The notes under the pieces: model-generated
What the model saw: the letters and a program-made list of their open reading frames with translations, nothing else
Database searches by the model: none
Told to the model about the DNA's origin: nothing
In this document: in pieces, positions 1 to 7,340 of the stretch
Position numbering within the stretch: the stretch's first letter is position 1
Layout of the letters: each line of letters opens with the position of its first letter
Translations under genes and position numbers: made by a program
Assembly (NCBI GenBank): GCA_963692945.1
Contig: OY843585.1
Coordinates: forward strand, 330,001 to 362,000
DNA from: Bdellovibrionales bacterium
GTDB taxonomy: Bacteria; Bdellovibrionota; Bdellovibrionia; Bdellovibrionales; UBA1609
Reading direction: 5' to 3'
Length of the DNA: 32,000 nt

Positions 1-1056
1 ACTTATAGCTTACCCAAAGCCTCTATGCCTTTTTTAAATTTACCACTTCTTTCCTACGGGTGGTTTTATTTAGAACAAATGGGTGTGTCACAATTTGTTT
101 TGAACAGTTATTTGTTTCCCGAGCGACTCAAAGAAGATGTAGAGTTTTTAAAATCTCCCTCTCAAACCACTGACCTTGTTTTAGAGGAGAAGCTTCTCGA
201 TTCAGGTGGTGGTTTTTATGAGGTGCGAGATCATTTTAAAAACGAAAACGAAATTTTTTATTTAAACGGAGATAGTCTTTTTTTCCCTTCCGATTTGAAT
301 TTGTTAAAACAATTTAAGGAGGATTTTATTCAAAACTCTTTTGAATCTTCTTTTTTTGGGGTGGCTGAAAAGACCAAAAATTTTGAAGCCGATAAGGGTT
401 ATCTTTGGGTGGATAAAGATTTTATCTTAAGGGGTATTGGTTCTGAAAACGAAATGCTTTCCAAAGGATTTTCTTTAAAGAGGACAAAAGATGTGGTTCA
501 AAAAGAGTTGCGTCCTGTTCAATTTAGTGGGTTGGCTTTATTTAAACCTTTATTTTTAAAATCTTTGGCTAAGGATAAATCTCATATCTTTTGGGATGTT
601 ATGCAGCCTCATTTGAGCAAAGGTAAGTATAAAGTTTTTGTAGATGAGCAGGGGGTTTTATTAGAAGGGGGAGATGAACAATCTTACTTACAGGCTTCGG
701 AGCTTTGTTTAAAATCTTTGTTTTTAGATTCCTCTCAAACGGAAATAAAAAGTATTTTGGAAAAAGTATTTTCTCGTTTTGATCCTGAAGATAAAAAAGT
801 AGGTCTGCAATTTGGAAAAAGCTTAAGTCAAAAACTAGGAGTTCCTCTCTTAGCTCCTTCGGATTTGAGAGGGCAGGAGCATTTAACAGTGGAAGGTTTT
901 GCTGTGTTAGGTTCTCAAGTTTCTATCATTGGAAAAAGTTTTTTGAAAAGATCTGTTTTAGGGAACTCTATTTCTTGGAGAGGGGATGTAACCAATAAAA
1001 TTCTGATTCAATCTAGCCATTTTCCAGATTGTGTAACCTCTAACAAAGAAGAATAA
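1..1056 (+). CDS. Sugar-phosphate nucleotidyltransferase family protein with C-terminal hexapeptide-like region; 5' end probably cut by the window edge
   Basis: Frame 1 is open from base 1 (TYSLPKASMPFLNLPLLSYGWFYLEQMGV). This resembles the PKPLLP..PL..Y.L..L...G segment that follows the GxGTRL loop of NDP-sugar pyrophosphorylases, so the ATG at 25 is probably internal. The C-terminus has short V/I-G-spaced repeats (VLGSQVSIIGKSFLKRSVLGNSISWRGDV). Confidence 0.55.
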   Translation, partial: TYSLPKASMPFLNLPLLSYGWFYLEQMGVSQFVLNSYLFPERLKEDVEFLKSPSQTTDLVLEEKLLDSGGGFYEVRDHFKNENEIFYLNGDSLFFPSDLNLLKQFKEDFIQNSFESSFFGVAEKTKNFEADKGYLWVDKDFILRGIGSENEMLSKGFSLKRTKDVVQKELRPVQFSGLALFKPLFLKSLAKDKSHIFWDVMQPHLSKGKYKVFVDEQGVLLEGGDEQSYLQASELCLKSLFLDSSQTEIKSILEKVFSRFDPEDKKVGLQFGKSLSQKLGVPLLAPSDLRGQEHLTVEGFAVLGSQVSIIGKSFLKRSVLGNSISWRGDVTNKILIQSSHFPDCVTSNKEE

Positions 1057-1133
1057 TATTTTTTTCTGTGTGATTAAAGTCCTAAACGATGGAATAATAA
1101 AGAAATAATTTTGAAAAACTATAGACATAGATA

Positions 1134-2288
1134 CTAAAAAAGAATTTCTAAAGCTTTTTGCCAATGGAGAGCACGGCAAGAACCAAAACGTCTTTCCAAA
1201 GGGTCTCTGGAGACAAGCCATTTTTTTGCCTTAGGATCAATGTCTTTAGCTAGAGATTCCAAGTTCTTTACATCTTCTTTCTTAACTCGATCTTTGGATT
1301 TGATCTCTATCAACAAAATATCTTTTGGACGCTGGATGATTAAATCAATTTCTACGTCATCTTTTGTTCTTAAATAGGAATAAGTCCAATCTTTTCTTTT
1401 ATAAGAAGCATTTTTTATAACTTCCAACAAGAACCAATGTTCAAAGGCTTCTCCAAAGGCTGAAGTTTGAGGAAGGAGTTCTACAGTTAAAGTTTTTGAA
1501 AGAGCCCTTTTTATTCCTGGATCAATGAAATAAAATTTAGGAGCTTGTTTCTGGGCTTTTCTGACAGAAAAATGAAAAGCTGGTAAAGTTATTCCTAACA
1601 AAGTATCTTCTAATATTTCAAAATAATTAGCAATTGTTACATCATCCACACCAGTATCTCTAGCTATTTTAGACTTGTTGATTATCTTTCCATTCATTTG
1701 AGCCACTATAGCTAAAAATTTACGGAAAGGTTTTAGTTTTCTAACCCACCGCTCTTGCTGTATCTCTTTTTCTATATAAGTTCCGACATAAGCATTTAAA
1801 TATTCTTTAGCACTTTCTTTATTTTTAGCTAAAGCCGCTTCGGGAAGAGTTCCCCATTCCAAAGCTGATTTGAGATTAAACTTTTTTTTCATTTCAAAAC
1901 TAGAAAACGGATACAGGTGATAAACCCAAGCTCTGCCAGCAAGTAAATTGACTCCTTTTTGTTTTAATTTACGGCTACTAGAACCAGTCAAAATAAACTG
2001 TCGTTTTTTCTTTTGTATTTGAGAATGGACAACATCTAAAATGCTTGGAAGTTTTTGCACCTCATCTATGATGACTATTTTGTTCTTGTTTTGTTTTGTA
2101 TTTATAAGATCTTCAAACCGACTAAAATCAAATAAAAACTCTTCAAATAAACTTACATTTAAGAGATCTATATAAAGAATATCTTTTTTTGAAAAAAGAC
2201 TTTGCAACAAAGTTGTTTTCCCTGTTCCTCTAGCTCCAAATAGAAAAAAACTATTGGTTTTAGAAAATTTGCAAGATCTCTGAATCAT
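1134..2288 (-). CDS. AAA+ ATPase of the AAA_14/DUF4143 type
   Basis: Walker A GARGTGKTTLL near the N-terminus and Walker B VIIDEVQKLP. The ~380 aa length and C-terminal region (FYFIDPG..., EIDLIIQ...LIEIKS) are typical of the stand-alone DUF4143 ATPases. Confidence 0.8.
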   Translation of the reverse strand: MIQRSCKFSKTNSFFLFGARGTGKTTLLQSLFSKKDILYIDLLNVSLFEEFLFDFSRFEDLINTKQNKNKIVIIDEVQKLPSILDVVHSQIQKKKRQFILTGSSSRKLKQKGVNLLAGRAWVYHLYPFSSFEMKKKFNLKSALEWGTLPEAALAKNKESAKEYLNAYVGTYIEKEIQQERWVRKLKPFRKFLAIVAQMNGKIINKSKIARDTGVDDVTIANYFEILEDTLLGITLPAFHFSVRKAQKQAPKFYFIDPGIKRALSKTLTVELLPQTSAFGEAFEHWFLLEVIKNASYKRKDWTYSYLRTKDDVEIDLIIQRPKDILLIEIKSKDRVKKEDVKNLESLAKDIDPKAKKWLVSRDPLERRFGSCRALHWQKALEILF

Positions 2289-2317
2289 ATTCAGAATTTT
2301 AACGCTATTCTCTGAAT
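2279..2317 (-). promoter_or_regulatory. Three copies of the heptamer TCTGAAT/ATTCAGA around the ATPase start codon (possible operator or alternative hairpins)
   Basis: TCTGAAT at 2279-2285, cat (the ATG on the minus strand) at 2286-2288, ATTCAGA at 2289-2295, and TCTGAAT again at 2311-2317. The central copy can pair with either flanking copy. Confidence 0.25.
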
Positions 2318-2344
2318 AGTGTCAAGACCTTAAACTGCTAAATT

Positions 2345-2611
2345 TTAGTTTTCATCAGAAGTTTCAGAGGGCTTCTTGATGGCTTGTTCAATCTTTGGTG
2401 GGTTGATCTTAACATCTTCCATTCCTAATTTATCCCTTACTTCATTCACAGCACCTGTTAGGGTTGTTAAACAATTTGTTGCTATAAAATTAACCGAATC
2501 AATTAAGTTCTTTTGATTCTCTTTTATTGGACCTAGCTGGTTCTTTAATTCCTTGCTAAATAGTCCCATTAGCTCATCTACATTAAAAAATTTCTTTCCT
2601 GTGTTACTCAT
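2345..2611 (-). CDS. Hypothetical small protein (88 aa)
   Basis: ATG-initiated ORF preceded by AAGGAG about 10 nt upstream (revcomp of 2622-2627). No recognisable motifs. Confidence 0.5.
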   Translation of the reverse strand: MSNTGKKFFNVDELMGLFSKELKNQLGPIKENQKNLIDSVNFIATNCLTTLTGAVNEVRDKLGMEDVKINPPKIEQAIKKPSETSDEN

Positions 2612-2855
2612 AAAACCACCAATGCTCCTTTTTTATTTGTTTTTTTAATATCACTAATATATCGGCTTGATCAAGACAAAACTTGAATGAAATTCCCCAG
2701 CTCATTACTTTAAGTATACTTGATTTTAAGTGCTTTTTCAACTATTTATTAGTGGTATAAATAGGTGTAGTTTAGTCACTCACCTAGAAAAATTCACTAC
2801 ACTGAGACGACAGAAAGACAAAAAAAATATTAGTAGCAAAGAGGATTCAATCTAT

Positions 2856-4277
2856 TTAAATTTTTTCTCTGGAAGAACTAAGAAGATGATTTAGTCCTTC
2901 TATAAATTGTTTGCTCTTTCTTCTTTCTTTGTAACGACGATTTACCATTAAAAAGATATTATCTTGAGCCACACCCACTTGGTCTTGTCCAACGGTGATA
3001 GATTTTTTAGATAAAAACTCTTTTCCATTTTTAAATTGGTCAAACAGACTTTTAAACTTTTTAAAAGAATTAGGGTTTCTATCTGGAGCGATACCTTCAT
3101 TTCCAATTGAGCCTGCTAAGGATCTTTCATCTTTTGGCAAAGCTTCTGCTTTTTTTGTAACAGAATCAGAACCAGTCTCTAGGTCTTCCCCTGCGTTTTC
3201 AACGGCTGCAAAAAATTTTGGATTTCGCTTTTTCAAACCATCCATAATTTTTTTGACAAGGGATTTGTTTTTGGGATTGAGATTATTTAAGTCTAAAGGT
3301 CTTTTTAAAATGTCCTTACAATCGGGACCTCCACAACCAATTAGGTTAGAGATGGCTGGGTTAAACCGAAGACTTCCATCTGGAGCGATTTTTACACACT
3401 CTTCTTTGCAACCAAGAATCTTACTGATTTTCTTTTGTTTATGTTTTGCTGAAAAGGTTTCATCCGCTAAAGTTGCAGATATTTGCTGTCCTTCAAGGCA
3501 TTCAGAAGTTGTGCATTTTATTTTAACATTTGAATTTGAGTTTAAAGTGGCACTGAGTTTGTTTTGTTTTTTTTTGAGTCTTAAATAATTCACTGCAAGA
3601 GCTCCCGCTGTAACTGCTGTTGCTATTCCAAATTTTGTAAGAGTTGCTCCTAATGCAGTTTTCTCAGCTGCTACCGCATCATAGGGTGGAGCCTCCGATG
3701 CACGACTGTTTGAACGCAAGAAGTTTGCTGCTGAGGTATTCTTTGCTGCTACTGCAAATGCTGCTTTCGCTTTCATAAAAAACACTTTTGAAGCCACTCC
3801 ATTGGCAGCTCCCCAAAGTAGAGTCTGTTTTTTTTGTTTTTGAACCTTGTTTTTTGCACTCTCTTGCTTTTGATTGGCAGCTGATGAAAGGGATTTTTTT
3901 TGTGAGGTTTCTTCAGCACCATTCACTTGGACCTGATTTTTAACATTAGCAGCCGAATCTTCAGCAGCATTCCAAGGTAAAAAACTAGCAGCGGTAGGGT
4001 ATTTTGGAATCTTAGGGATTGAAGCTTTTTGATTGAGAAGAAGTCTTTTTCTTTTCATTAAACGATCTAAATCGGCTTGTGGTGCTCTAAGTTGAGTTCT
4101 CGCACCTAATCTACAACTATGTGATCTACATCGGGCAAGTTGTTGTTGAATTCTATTAACATCTTGTCTTTTGTCTTCAATGCTTGAATCTAATAGGGCT
4201 AAAGCTCTTGCATGAGAGACAATGTCAGCTTGAGAAAGAGCTGGAAAAAAACAGCATATAAAAAATAAAACTTTCAT
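2856..4277 (-). CDS. Secreted protein, paralog C of the 2.8-7.3 kb cluster (473 aa)
   Basis: N-terminal signal peptide MKVLFFICCFFPALSQA. Shares several modules with the 4668-5843 product: a coiled-coil N-region with the CRSxxC motif, QKQESAK..V.KQK, a Gly/Ala-rich hydrophobic hairpin, a Cys-pair region, and a C-terminal box FKKF.SLFDQFK...TVG.D.VGV..DNIFL...RRY.ERRK.KQFIEGL. No SD is visible upstream of the ATG. Confidence 0.8.
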   Translation of the reverse strand: MKVLFFICCFFPALSQADIVSHARALALLDSSIEDKRQDVNRIQQQLARCRSHSCRLGARTQLRAPQADLDRLMKRKRLLLNQKASIPKIPKYPTAASFLPWNAAEDSAANVKNQVQVNGAEETSQKKSLSSAANQKQESAKNKVQKQKKQTLLWGAANGVASKVFFMKAKAAFAVAAKNTSAANFLRSNSRASEAPPYDAVAAEKTALGATLTKFGIATAVTAGALAVNYLRLKKKQNKLSATLNSNSNVKIKCTTSECLEGQQISATLADETFSAKHKQKKISKILGCKEECVKIAPDGSLRFNPAISNLIGCGGPDCKDILKRPLDLNNLNPKNKSLVKKIMDGLKKRNPKFFAAVENAGEDLETGSDSVTKKAEALPKDERSLAGSIGNEGIAPDRNPNSFKKFKSLFDQFKNGKEFLSKKSITVGQDQVGVAQDNIFLMVNRRYKERRKSKQFIEGLNHLLSSSREKI

Positions 4278-4389
4278 ATTTAATGGGGGGGGGGGTAAAA
4301 GTTTTTATTACAAAAATCTTTAGGATTTGACCTGTTATAAATTTTAGAATTTCAAATACAGTGTTTTTAAATTTTAGAATTTCATTCAT
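4225..4389 (-). CDS. Small ORF 1 of the tandem repeat array (54 codons in the present G-tract state); runs across the start of the 2856-4277 gene
   Basis: The ATG at 4389 overlaps the stop of small ORF 2 (TAATG). Encodes MNEILKFKNTVFEILKFITGQILKIFVIKTFTPPP..., reads through the C11 tract and stops 52 nt inside the downstream gene, out of frame. Confidence 0.3.
   Translation of the reverse strand: MNEILKFKNTVFEILKFITGQILKIFVIKTFTPPPIKYESFIFYMLFFSSSFSS
4285..4295. repeat. Homopolymeric G11 tract (C11 on the coding strand), 7 nt upstream of the ATG at 4277
   Basis: Direct read: taat-ggggggggggg-taaaa. The equivalent position in the other two repeat units has G5 (4419-4423, 4556-4560). Confidence 0.95.
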
Positions 4390-4526
4390 TAACATGTCTC
4401 CTTTAAATTTGTTGAGATGGGGGTGCAAGTTTTTATTACAAAAATCTTTAGAATTTGACCTGTTACAAATTTTAGAATTTTAAATACAATGTTTTTATTT
4501 ATTAAAAATTTTAGAATTTCATTCAT
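4389..4526 (-). CDS. Small ORF 2 of the tandem repeat array (45 codons)
   Basis: AGGAGG lies 8 nt upstream of the ATG. The ATG overlaps the stop of small ORF 3 (TAATG) and its own stop overlaps the ATG of small ORF 1. Encodes MNEILKFLINKNIVFKILKFVTGQILKIFVIKTCTPISTNLKETC. Confidence 0.3.
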   Translation of the reverse strand: MNEILKFLINKNIVFKILKFVTGQILKIFVIKTCTPISTNLKETC

Positions 4527-4654
4527 TAATAGGTCCTCCTTAAATTTGTTGAGATGGGGGTAAAAGTTTTTATTACAAAAATCTTTAGGATTTGACCTCT
4601 TACAAATTTTAGAATTTCAAATACAATGTTTTTATTTTTTAGAATTTCATTCAT
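4526..4654 (-). CDS. Small ORF 3 of the tandem repeat array (42 codons)
   Basis: AAAGGAG directly follows the TAA of the 4668-5843 gene, and the ATG at 4654 is 8 nt downstream of GGAG. Encodes MNEILKNKNIVFEILKFVRGQILKIFVIKTFTPISTNLRRTY. Confidence 0.3.
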   Translation of the reverse strand: MNEILKNKNIVFEILKFVRGQILKIFVIKTFTPISTNLRRTY

Positions 4655-4667
4655 TAACATGTCTCCT

Positions 4668-5843
4668 TTAAATTTGTTGTCTAGACGGTCTAGAATATTT
4701 TTTTAGTCCTTCTATAAATTGTTTGTTCTTTCTTCTTTCTTGGTAGCGACGATGCATCAATAAAAAGATATTGTCTTCAATCACCCCAACTTTATCTTTT
4801 CCTACAGTCACTGTTTTCCCAGATGTAGTGATTTTCTTTTTTTTGAATTGATCAAATAAACTTTGAAATTTTTTAAAAGTATCAGGGCTTTTCCTTTTTC
4901 TTTTTTTCTCACCTTCAATTTCAGATACAGACCCTATCAATCGGTTGCCGGGTTGGAAAGCTCCAAAACTTTTTGAAGGGTCTGAAGTAGAAGCTTCTTC
5001 TGTCTCTTCCTCTTCTTCATCAAAAAGATGTGGCTCTTTAGCTTTTATATCGTCCATCATTTTTTTAACTGCTTTTTGTTGGCTAGGATTTAAGTTCTTA
5101 AAAAGATCAGATCCTCGTTTAACTTTAATTCCGTTTTTACCATTAGGTGCTTCTGGTCCATTAAGAGAATCTAAAGAGGGACAATCTGCTGGTGGACAGC
5201 CTAGTATCTCGTTTAGTCCTCCTTGAAGCTCACCTGGTGAAGGGTTTGTTTCAATCAGGTCTGTTATTTTTTTACATATGGGTGTGTTGCAAGGATTTTC
5301 TGGTTCTGGATTTTCTTCATTTTGTAGAGAGTTGCTTCTATCACTAAATTTCTTTTCTTTATCCTGTATGGTTAGGTATTGTATTGCAAGAGCAGCAGCT
5401 AAACCACCCGTTGCCATGCCTGCCCATTCCCAATATGCAGCGGCAGGAGTGCCTGCTGCTTTTTTTGCCCTCATAAAAAACAAAGCAGATGCAATTCCAT
5501 TTATAACAGCCCAATCTTTTGTTTTTCTTTTTTGTTTTGTAACTTGATCTTTTGCACTTTCTTGTTTTTGAGCATCTATATTGTCAAGGGTGGCTTCCCT
5601 TTGATAATGATTTGATTCAGCTTCTTTAGCCTCTAACAAAGCTTCTTTTTGAGACAAGAGGACTTTTTCTGAAGCACAACTGCGACAATCTTGAAGTGTT
5701 GTTTTCAGTTCTCCTATTTCTTGTTTTAACTGCAAGATCTCTTGGCTTAAACCACTGGCTTTATCAGCATTAGAAGTTGTTGCTAGAGAAACAAATGAAA
5801 AAAGAAAGCAAAAAGCAAAAATAAAAACTCTAATCACTGACAA
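4668..5843 (-). CDS. Secreted protein, paralog B of the cluster (391 aa)
   Basis: Signal peptide ...FAFCFLFSFVSLATTSNA and the same module order as paralog C. The TTG start at 5843 sits 6 nt after AGAGGT and overlaps the end of the upstream gene by 10 nt. An in-frame GTG at 5837 gives a GTGA overlap as an alternative start. Confidence 0.8.
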   Translation of the reverse strand: MSVIRVFIFAFCFLFSFVSLATTSNADKASGLSQEILQLKQEIGELKTTLQDCRSCASEKVLLSQKEALLEAKEAESNHYQREATLDNIDAQKQESAKDQVTKQKRKTKDWAVINGIASALFFMRAKKAAGTPAAAYWEWAGMATGGLAAALAIQYLTIQDKEKKFSDRSNSLQNEENPEPENPCNTPICKKITDLIETNPSPGELQGGLNEILGCPPADCPSLDSLNGPEAPNGKNGIKVKRGSDLFKNLNPSQQKAVKKMMDDIKAKEPHLFDEEEEETEEASTSDPSKSFGAFQPGNRLIGSVSEIEGEKKRKRKSPDTFKKFQSLFDQFKKKKITTSGKTVTVGKDKVGVIEDNIFLLMHRRYQERRKNKQFIEGLKKYSRPSRQQI

Positions 5844-7318
5844 TTTTTACCTCTGTCTGTGCAATAAGATTTAATAAGAGTTGTCATATGCTCAAAAATA
5901 TTTTTATGTTTTCCATTAGCACTTGATAGTGTTCGTTTAGAACGAGAATCGCTAGAAGAACTGGCACTGCCAGATGTCTTTTTACCACTTCCCTTTCCTA
6001 AAGGGTCGTTTTCATGGTTGCTTGCTTCTCCCCCACCAGAGCGAACTCCTCCTGCAAAACTACCAAAACCTCTTCCATAAGAGCTTCTAGAAGATCTTGC
6101 TCCTTTTCCTAATCCCTCTTCATCATCGTCTGTATTTCCTGCTAAAGAACTTCCTGGTGCCAAAGGAGGAGAACCGGTTGGAGTTTTTGAATCTTTTTTA
6201 TCATTAGCTTCTGCTTCTGCTGTAGAGTCTTCTGTTCCACTTGATGGTGGGAGTTCATTACCAGGGTCTGGTGGTGTTTCTCCAGCACTGGGGTCGTCTA
6301 TGTTTGCAGTTAGACAATTACTTCCAGTACATGTTGATGGGTTTTCACCAAGGTCAAAAGTTGAACCACTACCTGGGACGGTAGGTCTATTAGGTGGTGG
6401 TGGAGTTTTATCTTTTTTGCCGTCGTTATCTTTTAAATGGTCAGCAATTGTATAATTTATAGCTGCATGTAAAAGATTCTCTAGACCTTGACCCATGGCA
6501 GCTGCTGCTTTTTCTCTTTCTTTTGAACATTTGGTTTTAAATTCTTCAGCACTTGTAATTTCTGATGAACATAACTTTTCAATGGCTTCATCTTTATTTT
6601 CAACTTCTTTTGTAATTTCTGATGATGTACAGGATTCTAAGGCTTGTTTTATTTCTTTATCTATTTCTTCTATATTTTGTACTAATCCTACAAAGTTTGT
6701 TTTTTTTGTTATCTTATCTATACAAGTTTCACAGGCTTTAATTTTTTCTGTACAGGCACTTTCACACTTACGAATGTCAGTGTAACACATACCTGATACA
6801 GCAGCATTTACACCAGCTAAACCAAGATTCAGATTACCTATTTTCTCAGTTACTTGTCCTCCATTACTTGGTTTATTAGCTGCTACAACAGCTCCGTACA
6901 TTGTTCCACCTCTTCCAAGGTATGTGGATGCTGTAGTCAACTTTCTTGCTGTACAAGTGTCTTCCACTTTCCCCGGAGCATCAGCATTACATTCTATTGG
7001 GTCACCATCACCTTCTCCTGCTTCAGCTTTATTAAATGGAGAGTAGGCCGTTAAAGGATTAGGACCAGTGTGCTGCCTCTTAGCACTATTAGGTACTTCT
7101 GTCTTAACAGAAGAGGAAGTTTGATAATAATTACAAAATTTATTTTCCTCACCACAGGCTTTCATTCTTTTTTGTTCTATTTGGAATGCTTTGACTGCAT
7201 CAACATTTTCAGATGAAGCTTGATGAGAGTTAAAAAGAAAGTTAGGATTAAACATAAACATAAACATAAACATAAACGATTTTAATAATTTAAAAATTAT
7301 TGATAAAAGATTTTTCAT
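5834..7318 (-). CDS. Secreted Cys-rich / low-complexity protein A, first gene of the cluster (494 aa)
   Basis: ATG preceded by AAGGATGGG. Hydrophobic N-terminus with an (FM)4 repeat, a Cys-rich central helical region (CESACTEKIKACETCIDK...), and a Pro/Gly/Ser-rich C-terminal half ending in NIFEHMTTLIKSYCTDRGKNCQ. Confidence 0.75.
   Translation of the reverse strand: MKNLLSIIFKLLKSFMFMFMFMFNPNFLFNSHQASSENVDAVKAFQIEQKRMKACGEENKFCNYYQTSSSVKTEVPNSAKRQHTGPNPLTAYSPFNKAEAGEGDGDPIECNADAPGKVEDTCTARKLTTASTYLGRGGTMYGAVVAANKPSNGGQVTEKIGNLNLGLAGVNAAVSGMCYTDIRKCESACTEKIKACETCIDKITKKTNFVGLVQNIEEIDKEIKQALESCTSSEITKEVENKDEAIEKLCSSEITSAEEFKTKCSKEREKAAAAMGQGLENLLHAAINYTIADHLKDNDGKKDKTPPPPNRPTVPGSGSTFDLGENPSTCTGSNCLTANIDDPSAGETPPDPGNELPPSSGTEDSTAEAEANDKKDSKTPTGSPPLAPGSSLAGNTDDDEEGLGKGARSSRSSYGRGFGSFAGGVRSGGGEASNHENDPLGKGSGKKTSGSASSSSDSRSKRTLSSANGKHKNIFEHMTTLIKSYCTDRGKNCQ
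7250..7278. repeat. Hexanucleotide repeat (AAACAT)4 plus a partial unit, encoding FMFMFMFMF in the signal peptide of protein A
   Basis: Direct read: aaacat x4 at 7250-7273, followed by aaacg. Confidence 0.95.
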
Positions 7319-7340
7319 ATTTTTCCCATCCTTAAAATTT

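Larger units (their letters stand above)
4285..4679. repeat. Three tandem ~120-137 bp repeat units filling the gap between two paralogous genes
   Basis: Units are roughly 4296-4423, 4424-4560 and 4561-4679. Each carries ...gtttttattacaaaaatctttag(g/a)atttgacct.ttacaaattttagaattt.aaatacaatgttttt...ttagaatttcattcatta...tcc(t)ttaaatttgttgagatggggg. The last unit includes the final ~12 nt (CAACAAATTTAA) of the 4668-5843 gene. Confidence 0.9.

Noticed and set aside
2995-3588. Antisense or overlapping ORFs in the track. Coordinates: 958-1221, 2995-3588, 4945-5226, 5278-5547, 6495-6785, 6854-7054, 9300-9545, 11124-11381, 12581-12781, 12920-13213, 14047-14241, 16365-16568, 16587-16811, 19440-19649, 19609-19812, 20508-20696, 23365-23580, 23824-24024, 26952-27191, 27071-27283, 27213-27482, 28785-28970, 29118-29441, 30076-30261
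   Set aside because: Each lies inside or opposite a longer ORF with recognisable protein motifs or a clear paralog. Their translations are low-complexity (Ser/Phe/Leu-rich), as expected for shadow frames in AT-rich DNA, and none has a convincing SD.
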